Source of the DNA: Planctomycetota bacterium
Lineage (GTDB): Bacteria; Planctomycetota; UBA1135
Direction: 5' to 3'
NCBI GenBank assembly: GCA_045047305.1
Contig: JASFYO010000036.1
Location: forward strand, 44,158 to 108,157
DNA length: 64,000 nucleotides
Both the position numbers and the translations under genes were made by a program. The first letter of the stretch is position 1. Each line of letters starts with the position of its first letter. Under the pieces are notes generated by a model. It saw only the letters and a program-made list of their open reading frames with translations. It did not search any database and was not told the origin of the DNA. This document shows positions 9,335 through 18,248 of this stretch, in pieces.

Positions 9335-10792
9335 TTAATCTTCCAAGTGAATTTGCATATTGGAGGAGAGTGATAACTCAGTAAACACCTCTCCCCCTCC
9401 CTTTTCCAAGAAAACAGCTACTACCATTTTGTCATTAGGATTTCCCCATGGCAATGTTCCCCGGCCGAACTCATCGCACGTTATTTCTGGATAAACACGG
9501 AACCAAGGATAATCCTGAAAGGGTTGCACCAAAACCTTGGCATTTCGCGCTACCAATCCCTCTGAATCATAAATCTGGAACGAAATCCCAGGGTTCTCAG
9601 AACCTAACTTTCCCTCCATTATCCATTCCAACGGGACGGCTTCAGAAAAAACAATTTCATTCAGCGTCAATTCTTCTGAATAATATTCGCCAGAGGGGTG
9701 AACAATCTCAAGCAAATATCGGCTCCCGCTAGGCATTTCTGCGGCAAAGGAACCCGATTTGTCTAATTTAAAAGAAGATCGCGCCACTCTTGTTTCCACG
9801 CCGTTTGCGTCACGCTTCCCAGTTAAGGAAAATCCTTTACGATGATCATCACCAGAAAAATCACTCCCATCATTACTCAAAAGTACGGATACGTTAACAG
9901 AATATTCAGAGGATGGGAGGGTTGAAACCACCTTGCCATGAAGCACTGGTTTCGGGGCCAACTCCAAAACGACATCTGGTAGTGGGCCAGGACTTACATC
10001 CATTTTGAAAGAAGTTGATGAAAACCCGGCAGCGTTTACTTTCGCAATCATTATTCCAGAAACTGGGGAATCAACTTCGCAATTGCCATTCGGGCCCGAA
10101 ACTGCATGAACATTTATTATGGGAAATCCGTCCTCTTCGCACAAAGATTTATATTGGGCTAGGATAGGATCTGGATGGTTGCTCGGATATGGGGATATCC
10201 TTTTTTTATTCAGAGTTGCTACCTCATTAGTATATTTCCTCCAACCCTCCTCCGAAACAAATGACATCGATACGGAAATCTCATCTACCTTTAACTTTGT
10301 AACTGAGTTCCTCGCCGAGATTTGAAAATGAGACAAAAATGGCAATGCCAAATTTAGACTATTCCCTGTTGCAGACCAAATCAAATTTTCAACAGGGCTG
10401 GAATAAGTAGAAAACCCGTTAACAGTAGGAACCTCATAAGAAACCGACTTATCTCCGGATTTCAACAAAAAGCTTTCAACCACATTGCCTGCCTCTGGAT
10501 CGTCCACAAGGACGTCCAATCTAGTTTTTACAGATTGGAGTCCTAAACTGCGAAGGGCAATCACCTTTGCCCCAGTAGCCATGTCTGTAATATTCAGTTT
10601 TAGCCTAGGAGAAAGGCTTTGCCTAATGAACTTTGCGGACAATGCTGCATCCCCATTTTCCTCAATTGACCTTGCCCCCCCCACCAATAGATAGTCCCTC
10701 CCTTCTGAGGAAGAGTTTTCCTTCATCAACAACCAAGAAAGCAGGAACACTAAGAAAAGTATTCCTGCAATGAGTGCAGTGCGAGATGACAA
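9335..10792 (-). CDS. Membrane-anchored beta-rich hypothetical protein (carboxypeptidase-regulatory-like/Ig-like repeats), AT-richer than its flanks
   Basis: N-terminal TM helix (TALIAGILFLVFLLSWLL); VNAAGFSS, PVLHGKVV, CDEFGRGTL. Probable TTG start immediately after the upstream stop. Confidence 0.6.
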   Translation of the reverse strand: MSSRTALIAGILFLVFLLSWLLMKENSSSEGRDYLLVGGARSIEENGDAALSAKFIRQSLSPRLKLNITDMATGAKVIALRSLGLQSVKTRLDVLVDDPEAGNVVESFLLKSGDKSVSYEVPTVNGFSTYSSPVENLIWSATGNSLNLALPFLSHFQISARNSVTKLKVDEISVSMSFVSEEGWRKYTNEVATLNKKRISPYPSNHPDPILAQYKSLCEEDGFPIINVHAVSGPNGNCEVDSPVSGIMIAKVNAAGFSSTSFKMDVSPGPLPDVVLELAPKPVLHGKVVSTLPSSEYSVNVSVLLSNDGSDFSGDDHRKGFSLTGKRDANGVETRVARSSFKLDKSGSFAAEMPSGSRYLLEIVHPSGEYYSEELTLNEIVFSEAVPLEWIMEGKLGSENPGISFQIYDSEGLVARNAKVLVQPFQDYPWFRVYPEITCDEFGRGTLPWGNPNDKMVVAVFLEKGGGEVFTELSLSSNMQIHLED

Positions 10793-10793
10793 G

Positions 10794-11483
10794 TTACGGA
10801 GCCCCACCGACTCCCGGATCTCCGACTGTGCCCTGGCTCCCATTTCCTGCGCCACCTGTACCGGGGGTTCCAATATTTCCGGGTGCCGCCCCGTTTCCAC
10901 CAACTGCTAATCCATCTCCAGCGCCAGTGAGCAAAGCGTCGCCACCATTGCCGGCACTCCCTGCGCTGCCTCCACGGCCGCCATAGTTGTTCTGCCCCTC
11001 CGAAGATGATCCCGGATCCCCATCTCCTCCATCACCCCCGGTGCCTCCGGTGCCTCCATTTCCTGCATGGGCACATCCTTTCCCGCCGGCAGCTACGCTT
11101 GCTGCCGCATTTCCCCCATGAGCACCATGTTGGCCGGGCGCGCCATTCCCGCCGTTAAATCCAGCAGCTCCGTTTCCCCCGTCTCCCCCATTGCCGCCAA
11201 ATCCTCCGATTGCATAGCCGGATTCGCCATTCTTCACAACAACGAGAGCTGGAGGCCCTCCAGTGGGTACCCCACCTGGTCCTCCAGCCGCACCACTTGA
11301 AGAGGGGCTATTCCCAGCCCCTCCAGAATTGCCGTTACCAGGAATGTCGGAGAGAGCGTCTTGGTCGTTGTGAATAGCAGCACATTCGGCTTTGGTTAAT
11401 GTATTACCAAACGGTGTTGATTGCAATCCTACCCTAAGCAAGCTGGAACCTAGAATCACGAGGGAAAGCGTAGATTTCTTCAT
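10794..11483 (-). CDS. Secreted glycine-rich (GGX/GXG repeat, PGRS-like) protein
   Basis: Signal-like MKKSTLSLVILGSSLL followed by GGFGGNGGDGGNG, GNGGTGGTGGDGGDG, GGRGGSAGSAGNGGDA. Confidence 0.7.
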   Translation of the reverse strand: MKKSTLSLVILGSSLLRVGLQSTPFGNTLTKAECAAIHNDQDALSDIPGNGNSGGAGNSPSSSGAAGGPGGVPTGGPPALVVVKNGESGYAIGGFGGNGGDGGNGAAGFNGGNGAPGQHGAHGGNAAASVAAGGKGCAHAGNGGTGGTGGDGGDGDPGSSSEGQNNYGGRGGSAGSAGNGGDALLTGAGDGLAVGGNGAAPGNIGTPGTGGAGNGSQGTVGDPGVGGAP

Positions 11484-11561
11484 TTCTTCATTTCTTCATA
11501 ATAGCGCCACTGACTTAAATCACAGTAAGGAATATGTAAAAAAGCCTCCACCCCATGATTA

Positions 11562-12867
11562 TTACGCTGTCTGCTTGCGAATGAATCGAACAAAATGGGA
11601 GTTGCAGTGAAAATATGGGCAAGAATAAAAATACGTGTAGCGTGGTAACACCAACAAAGTAGCGGGGAGAGTGAGGGTCTTACTCGATCGACTGCAACGA
11701 AACTCAGGCAACGGCCCTTCGGATGGTCTCCAGGAGAATTCCCATTCGGCATAGACCTTACTGCGGAAGTTGATTTTCACTTTAGCATCGCGCCATGCAC
11801 GACCAGCAACAATGTCGATGCCATCCGCACCACCGGCGCCCCCCCCACGGCTAAACAGGTTGCAGTCATGGACAAACTCTGACCTTAATCATGAGGCACA
11901 ATTCCTGGTGGAAATACCAAATGCTCCAGCACCTCTGGATAAGTCAAAAACACCGCGACATAAGTTCCGCTGCCCTGCGGGTGCACCTCCACCCCATCGG
12001 CTGCTCTTCCCCTTGACAAATCTTGAAGCGAAAATCGTGGTAGGACATGCGGTTGTCTTGACGTAAGGAGCCGATAAAAAAACCATCCGGATAGAACTCC
12101 AACTCCTTCCATGATTGATGCAGACTCATCCCATATCCGCCCCCCAGGGCACTAGCCTCGGTGCAAAGATTACCTCTAGGCATGCGCTCCTCCACCCATG
12201 GCGGTAAGCGATCAAGGAAATCCTTCGAACGACTGCCCCTGGCCTTGATCGTAATCAGCGCCTCGGTGGTGGAGCGGAGCAAGCTGCCGTCAGGGTGAAA
12301 TAAAAGTAAGTGGATATCCTCCTCCCCCGGCATTTTCACGAAACGCTCGACGAAGGTAAACGCGCCTTGGACCTCAAACGCTTCCTCCGTGGCCGAACCT
12401 GCAACAGCATTCAGCACATAGATGCGGTACCACCCCTCCGGAAGCTGATCAATCAACAGGCGCCCGTCCACCGACTCGCCTTGATACTGTTTTTGATCTC
12501 CAGCAGTCCAGGTTTCGAATGCACCGACAGCCAAACGCCACAGCTCAATCGTCCCGGAAACGGGTAGCTGCGTCGCAGCATCGAAAAAATGCAATTCAAG
12601 CGCGCTAGAGCCCAACTCTACCGGCTCGGGCTCGGCTTCCTCCCACTCCAGGAACTCCTCCTCAGGCAGTGCCTCAATCTCCTCCTTCACCGTTTCTTGC
12701 TGACGTTCGAGTTGCGGACGACGGGCATCGGCCACCGTAGGTGCTGACTCCAGTTCCGTTGGAGCCGGGCGCTCGGCAAAAGGGGGCATCGCGGTCGCCG
12801 GTTCGTCCTTCCACATCACCACGATGAGGGCAAGCAGGACGATGATGATGACCAGAAGACGGCGCAT
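11562..12867 (-). pseudogene. Membrane-anchored hypothetical gene interrupted by two apparent single-base frameshifts
   Basis: Three successive minus-strand frames (12867-~11995, ~11995-11888, ~11888-11562) join into one ORF if one base is added at the C4 run 11992-11995 and one at ~11887. Confidence 0.55.
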
Positions 12868-12976
12868 AGGAGGGCAACGGTGGAGTTGGGATTTGGTTCA
12901 AGCCAAGGATGGAGAATGCTCTGGATTTACCCAGAAAATCGGCTGAACCGCCGCCCCACTGTACCGTTAGCCACTC

Positions 12977-15043
12977 ATGGTTCCCATCCTCCTCCTCATC
13001 CTCGCAGCGCAAACTGCACAAGAACCGGCCCAAAGCCCCGAGGTCTTGGTCACTGCCTCGGCGTTTCCCGAGGATCCGCTGCAGCAACCATTTTCTTCGG
13101 AAACGCTGGATGCAACCTGGTTGCGTACGCGAGCCAGGACCATCCCTGAAGCTCTCCAAATGCTGCCTGGTGTGATGGTGCAGAAAACGGCATCAGGACA
13201 GTCGTCGCCCTACCTACGGGGCTTCACAGGCTTCCGCACCCAGATGCTTGTCGACGGAATCCCTTTGAACCATGCGGCTATGCGCTCCGGCCCGAACCAG
13301 TACTGGAGCACCTTGGATGCCCTAACCGTGGAGCGCCTGGAATTGGTGCGCGGAACCTCGAGTGTCCTGTATGGATCCGATGCCATTGGCGGCACCGTGA
13401 ATGCCATCAGCCGGCGCGCAAAAGTTGGCGGCGAAGGTGTGCGCTTGGGCGGCGGAAGCTTCACTCGCTATTCCAGCGCAGACAATGCTTGGACCCAACG
13501 CGCAGAAGTGTCCCTAAGTTCTGGATCGGAGTGGGGATTCCTCGGTGGGTCTACGGTTTCCAACTATGGAGATCTGAGATCGGGTGGCGGCGAACTTCCT
13601 GAGACCGGCTACTCCCAATTCAACGGAGATTTTCGCTTTGACCGCTACCTTAGTAACGGCGTGGTGTGGACCACGGCAGGCCAAACAGTGCGCCAAGTGA
13701 ATGTTCCACGTACCCACAAAACCATTTTCGCAGTTCCATTCCAGGGCACCAGTGTCGGTAGTGAGTTGCAGCGCGACCAGGATCAGCGCAGGGACCTTTT
13801 CTACAGCCGACTATCGTGGGATCGTGGCAGCAATTGGATGAAACGCGGTGAAGTCACCTTGAGTTACCAACGCCACAAAGAAATCCGCGATCGAATCCGC
13901 AGCGGAGACCGCCGGGATCTGCAAGGATTCGATCTCAACGATCTGGGCTTAACCGCACGTTTTGAAAGCGATTCAAGCTCTTCTGGCGTTTGGTCATGGG
14001 GTACCGAGCTACACCGCCAAACCGCAGATAGCTTCCGCGATAACTTCGTTGCGGGAAGCTTCACTGGCTCCGCCATTCAAGGCGCAATTGGCGACAACAG
14101 CTCTTACGACAGCGCTGCGTTTTACCTTCAGAGAGAAATGTTCGTACGCGAAGACATCAGCTTGATTCCAGGCTTACGCGCAAGTTGGTTCTCGTTGCAA
14201 TCCGATCGCGTGGATAACCCAGACCCGGGCGGTCCAGCGATTTTGCAATTGGATGAAAGTTGGACTGCTTTAACTGGCAGTTTGCGTGGTGTATGGGATC
14301 TCGGCCAAGAAAAAACAGTTTATGCCGGTTTATCGCAAGGCTTTCGCGCACCGAACTTGTCGGACCTAACCTCGCTCGATGCCACGAGTGCGGTGGAAAC
14401 TCCATCGCCCGATTTGAATCCAGAAAACTACTTGCAGCTCGAGATTGGAAGCAAGGGACGCGATGGTCGTTGGAGTTGGCAGACCTCGGTCTACCAAACT
14501 TGGATTGATAACATGATTGTCCAATCCCCTACCGGAGCCTTCATCGGTGGCACCCCCGAGGTGCAAAAAAGCAATGCCGGAGATGGCTGGGTACACGGCG
14601 TAGAAGTCGATGTGCAAATGGAAATCGATGCGCAGTGGACAGCATTCGCAACCGGTAGTTGGATGAACGGCGAAGTCGATCAAGTCCAGTTGCCCGGTGG
14701 AGCTACCAGCCGCGAACCACTTAGCCGTTTGGCACCGCTACAGGGCACGACCGGTGTACGCTGGCAGCAAAACCAAGGTTCTTGGTGGGGAGAGGCCTGG
14801 ATGTGGGCTGTCGATAACCAAGATAAGCTTGCGCTCCGTGACACCACCGACACCTCACGCATTCCAGCCGGCGGCACTCCAGGATTCACCATATTTGGGC
14901 TATCCGGAGGCGTGAAAATCAACGAAAATGCACGCTGGTCGTTATCTCTCGAGAACCTCGGCGATAAGAACTATCGCGTCCACGGTTCTGGTTTGAACGG
15001 CCCTGGCTTTAACTTAGTGACCACCTTCGAATTGAACTTCTGA
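12977..15043 (+). CDS. TonB-dependent outer-membrane receptor
   Basis: TonB box EVLVTA; plug motifs SPYLRGF and ERLELVRGTSSVLYGSDAIGGTVN; GFRAPNL; LENLGDKNYRVHGSG; C-terminal Phe. Confidence 0.93.
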   Translation: MVPILLLILAAQTAQEPAQSPEVLVTASAFPEDPLQQPFSSETLDATWLRTRARTIPEALQMLPGVMVQKTASGQSSPYLRGFTGFRTQMLVDGIPLNHAAMRSGPNQYWSTLDALTVERLELVRGTSSVLYGSDAIGGTVNAISRRAKVGGEGVRLGGGSFTRYSSADNAWTQRAEVSLSSGSEWGFLGGSTVSNYGDLRSGGGELPETGYSQFNGDFRFDRYLSNGVVWTTAGQTVRQVNVPRTHKTIFAVPFQGTSVGSELQRDQDQRRDLFYSRLSWDRGSNWMKRGEVTLSYQRHKEIRDRIRSGDRRDLQGFDLNDLGLTARFESDSSSSGVWSWGTELHRQTADSFRDNFVAGSFTGSAIQGAIGDNSSYDSAAFYLQREMFVREDISLIPGLRASWFSLQSDRVDNPDPGGPAILQLDESWTALTGSLRGVWDLGQEKTVYAGLSQGFRAPNLSDLTSLDATSAVETPSPDLNPENYLQLEIGSKGRDGRWSWQTSVYQTWIDNMIVQSPTGAFIGGTPEVQKSNAGDGWVHGVEVDVQMEIDAQWTAFATGSWMNGEVDQVQLPGGATSREPLSRLAPLQGTTGVRWQQNQGSWWGEAWMWAVDNQDKLALRDTTDTSRIPAGGTPGFTIFGLSGGVKINENARWSLSLENLGDKNYRVHGSGLNGPGFNLVTTFELNF

Positions 15044-15081
15044 AATCAACCACTACCCCGCCGCGGCACCTGCTGAAAGCC

Positions 15082-15783
15082 GTGCTTGGATCGGTGACCT
15101 TCCACGTCGCGGTTGGGGTAGGGTTGTTAAGTACCGCATGGTGGTGGGCTTCGGATGTGGATGAACATCAACCTCCGAAGCTTGCGGTCGCTCTAAAGGA
15201 AGAAGTTCCAGAGGTCAGCGAAGACGAGCCGGATTTCGAAGTCCAACCGCCAATCGAACTGGAACCAGTGGTACTACCGGTAGTGGAAGTGGAGGCTTCC
15301 CCTTTGGCTGAGTTGGAGGAACTACCGCCGGCAAAGGAATACCTGGCGGTGCGCCCATGGATGCCGCAACAGTTGCGCTATCGGCCGACCACGCTTCCTC
15401 CCCATTTGCGTGAACAGACCAAGCCGGTGGAAGAGCAAAGGCTGACTGATTCCGCCGTTTCCAATACCGCAGTCCCTCGAGCGCCGGCACCACGGGCCTC
15501 GGTTTTACTGGCACCGCAGATCGATGCAGAGCAATGCCCTCCTCCGGAGTACCCACGGCGTGCCCGGCGTATGCGCTGGGAAGGTGTAACCCAATTAATT
15601 GTGACGGTCGATGTGAATGGAAATCCCATCGCAATCAAAGTATCTGTTTCCAGCGGCCACCAAATCCTCGATGATGCCGCAATCCAGGCGGTTCAGACCT
15701 GGCATTTTCACCCTGCAAACCGAGACCAGGTAGCCGAGGTTGGCGACTTACTGGTACCGATTCGGTTTGATATTAAGGAATAA
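15082..15783 (+). CDS. tonB: Energy transducer TonB
   Basis: TM anchor with SxxxH, Pro/Glu-rich linker, PEYPRRARRMRWEG, SSGHQILDDAAIQAVQTWHFHPA, VPIRF. Confidence 0.88.
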   Translation: MLGSVTFHVAVGVGLLSTAWWWASDVDEHQPPKLAVALKEEVPEVSEDEPDFEVQPPIELEPVVLPVVEVEASPLAELEELPPAKEYLAVRPWMPQQLRYRPTTLPPHLREQTKPVEEQRLTDSAVSNTAVPRAPAPRASVLLAPQIDAEQCPPPEYPRRARRMRWEGVTQLIVTVDVNGNPIAIKVSVSSGHQILDDAAIQAVQTWHFHPANRDQVAEVGDLLVPIRFDIKE

Positions 15784-15844
15784 GCTTCCTGTGCTTCCGT
15801 TTGCTTCCGCCGAGTCGTAAGTGAAATACGCCGAGCCCCATCTA

Positions 15845-17530
15845 CTAGTAAACGATAGAAGACGGAAGGCTCAGCCCGTGAAGTTTTGAGTTGGTGCTTC
15901 GCTTCATGGTGGATTCCAAGGTTAGAAACTCAACCGGAATGGAATAAGTTTGCACCTCAGCTGAATTCCGAATCTGAACCTGGAAAAGCTGGCCTTGGGC
16001 GTCCGTCGCATCCGCACCCACGGCCACAGAAGGCCCTCTTGGCGACGATCTCTGTAGATAGAACCGCACCAAAGTAGATCCACTCCAAGGAAGACTGATG
16101 GTGATGGTCCCATCGGTTTCAAAATAGGACGTTTCAACTTTTCTACCGCTTGGATTTCCATCGGCGTCCACCTTCCAAAGTCGTGCATAGAAATCCCATT
16201 CGTCGGACAAGCCAGCAAAGGCATTCACCCTTAGCTGGATAGGGAAGCCTTCCTGAAGCACCACGGTTTCGTCTTGCATGAGGTTCAACACCTGAACCGT
16301 CATCTTGCCCACACATGAAATTTCCAGATCGAATAGAGGAGTGCGCCCAATCATGTGGATGATTCCCTTTTTACCGTCCTGAGCTACACCGCCGTTCAAA
16401 TCGCGAACAGATGCATACTTCAAAAAAGAGCCGTATTCATCTTTCACCTTTATCTTGATTTGGTGCAAGATTCCGCGGGCATCTAAATCGGGGAGGATGA
16501 CTTCTTTGGATCCCGAGGGAATAAACACCTCTTTCCAGCGATAGAGTTCTATTTTGGTACGAGCATGGCGAAGCACCAAATCCACATTCCCAGGCGGAAC
16601 TTTCCGGAACGAATACCCTCCTTTCGAGCGGGACAGCCAGCGATCAACCAGGACCGCTTTGGAGATTTCACCTGCATCACCGACCATCTGCAATTCAAAA
16701 TGGCTGGCCTTGAATTCCGGATCTAATAGAACTTTCCCCTCCACCCTCAGGGATTGCAATAGCGCGAAGCGGACTCCCCTATCGCCAACACTTACACTCC
16801 GACGGAAGCTCAGGAAACCCTTGCAACTCGCTTCCAGCAAGAGCTCTCCCTCGGCATCACTTCCCTTAATTTCAAAGTTGCCGCGCGAGTCAGTGTAGGT
16901 CATCGATTCTGGCAGAGGCTCCCAACGCCTTTGTTGGGAGCCTTTTCGTGAAACCGATATTTTTGCCGCAGCCACACGATCTCCGTAAGCATCTAGCACC
17001 ACCCCTGCGACCATGACGGGGAATACGTCGACCACAAAGTCCCCCAACGCGAACACCTTGTCCTTGGGATCCCAACTAAAGTCAGCTTGAGCCCCGCGCG
17101 CAGGCCGGGTTTGAGTCTTGCGTATGGCAACCGCAAAGGTGCGAGTCGCCGGCAGCATCATGTATCGCTCAAGGGGGAAGTGAAAGTTGCCGCTGGCATC
17201 CGTCCGTAATTTGCGACGGTAGCGCACATCGCTTTTATCCGATTCAACCCTTATGCTTACTTTGAATTCGAGGTTTGAAGCTACCATCCCCTCAGCATTC
17301 AAAATCCGGCCCGACAAGACGTAACCTTCGGCAGACACATCGACTTCGCTTGGTTGTACCGTCGACTCACGGGTCATGCTTATTGCCGGCAAGTCCGTTG
17401 CGTTGGGCCGCAGTGGCTCAAGCTTAATTTCAGGAGTATCCCCTTGGCTAGTTGGCGGTTCAGGCTGGACAAACATGACCAATCCAATCACCCCAATCAC
17501 TAACCCGAGCAGAAGAAAAGCCCTTTGCAT
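15845..17530 (-). CDS. Membrane-anchored carboxypeptidase-regulatory-like domain protein
   Basis: N-terminal TM; repeated G(R/V)(I/V)L(N/D)AxG...TDxxGNF units. Confidence 0.7.
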   Translation of the reverse strand: MQRAFLLLGLVIGVIGLVMFVQPEPPTSQGDTPEIKLEPLRPNATDLPAISMTRESTVQPSEVDVSAEGYVLSGRILNAEGMVASNLEFKVSIRVESDKSDVRYRRKLRTDASGNFHFPLERYMMLPATRTFAVAIRKTQTRPARGAQADFSWDPKDKVFALGDFVVDVFPVMVAGVVLDAYGDRVAAAKISVSRKGSQQRRWEPLPESMTYTDSRGNFEIKGSDAEGELLLEASCKGFLSFRRSVSVGDRGVRFALLQSLRVEGKVLLDPEFKASHFELQMVGDAGEISKAVLVDRWLSRSKGGYSFRKVPPGNVDLVLRHARTKIELYRWKEVFIPSGSKEVILPDLDARGILHQIKIKVKDEYGSFLKYASVRDLNGGVAQDGKKGIIHMIGRTPLFDLEISCVGKMTVQVLNLMQDETVVLQEGFPIQLRVNAFAGLSDEWDFYARLWKVDADGNPSGRKVETSYFETDGTITISLPWSGSTLVRFYLQRSSPRGPSVAVGADATDAQGQLFQVQIRNSAEVQTYSIPVEFLTLESTMKRSTNSKLHGLSLPSSIVY

Positions 17531-17555
17531 AGATGGAGTTTAGCAGGCTGTAGGT

Positions 17556-18248
17556 CTATTCAATTCCCAGAGAGGGTTGCTGTACGACAGCAAGGTCTTC
17601 TAGGCGTATCGCCGTGAGCATTCCCCCGTAAACGCAACCGGTATCTAGGCCGTAGGCAAGCGGCTCACCGTCTTCGCTTTGGTGCATGCCAGCGGCAGAT
17701 TGAGCGTGACCAAAGAGGACAAATTCGGGACCCTCCCAGGCTTCATGCCACAACGGAGCACCGGGACGGTCGTGGCAACGGCTGAGACGGATGATTTCGG
17801 CTGCTTGCATATCTTCGACCTTGCGCCCTGGGAGTACGGAAGCGTGAACCAAAATCCAATTACGTTGCGTGTTTGGCGCCGCCCATGCAGAGCCGTTACA
17901 AACACCGCGCAAAAAGTATTTTCGGCCTTGTAAAAAATCGAAAAACTCTTCGGCTACGGGAAGCGCAGAAGGGTCCATCTTGGCTTGGTTGTCGCCACGC
18001 AAATCGCCGCCATAGCCCGTTGCGGCACCTTGCTTCAACAAAGCCCGCTCATGATTGCCGAGAACCATGTCGAAAGTATCGCCTAGGCCTTGCAGGATGC
18101 GTAATACCCCAACCGGGTCGGGGCCGCGGTGAAAAAGATCGCCGGCGGAGAGGAATCGATCACCAGGTTGCAGGTCGATAGTTGCTAACAGCAATGCCAA
18201 CTCTTTTGCGCAACCGTGAACGTCGCCCACCACCCAGGTGGATGTCAT
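17556..18248 (-). CDS. Metallophosphoesterase (ApaH/PrpE-like)
   Basis: GDVHGC, GDLFHRGPD, LGNHE, FGH, LDTGCVYGGMLTA. ATGA overlap with the upstream gene. Confidence 0.9.
   Translation of the reverse strand: MTSTWVVGDVHGCAKELALLLATIDLQPGDRFLSAGDLFHRGPDPVGVLRILQGLGDTFDMVLGNHERALLKQGAATGYGGDLRGDNQAKMDPSALPVAEEFFDFLQGRKYFLRGVCNGSAWAAPNTQRNWILVHASVLPGRKVEDMQAAEIIRLSRCHDRPGAPLWHEAWEGPEFVLFGHAQSAAGMHQSEDGEPLAYGLDTGCVYGGMLTAIRLEDLAVVQQPSLGIE

Noticed and set aside
12868..12976. Possible cobalamin riboswitch upstream of the TonB-dependent receptor (CCGCCCCACTGTA...GCCACT)
   Set aside because: Only 109 bp are available, and the AGGGAA, GGGAAG and AGCCAG-AGACC elements were not found. An Rfam/Infernal scan would settle it.
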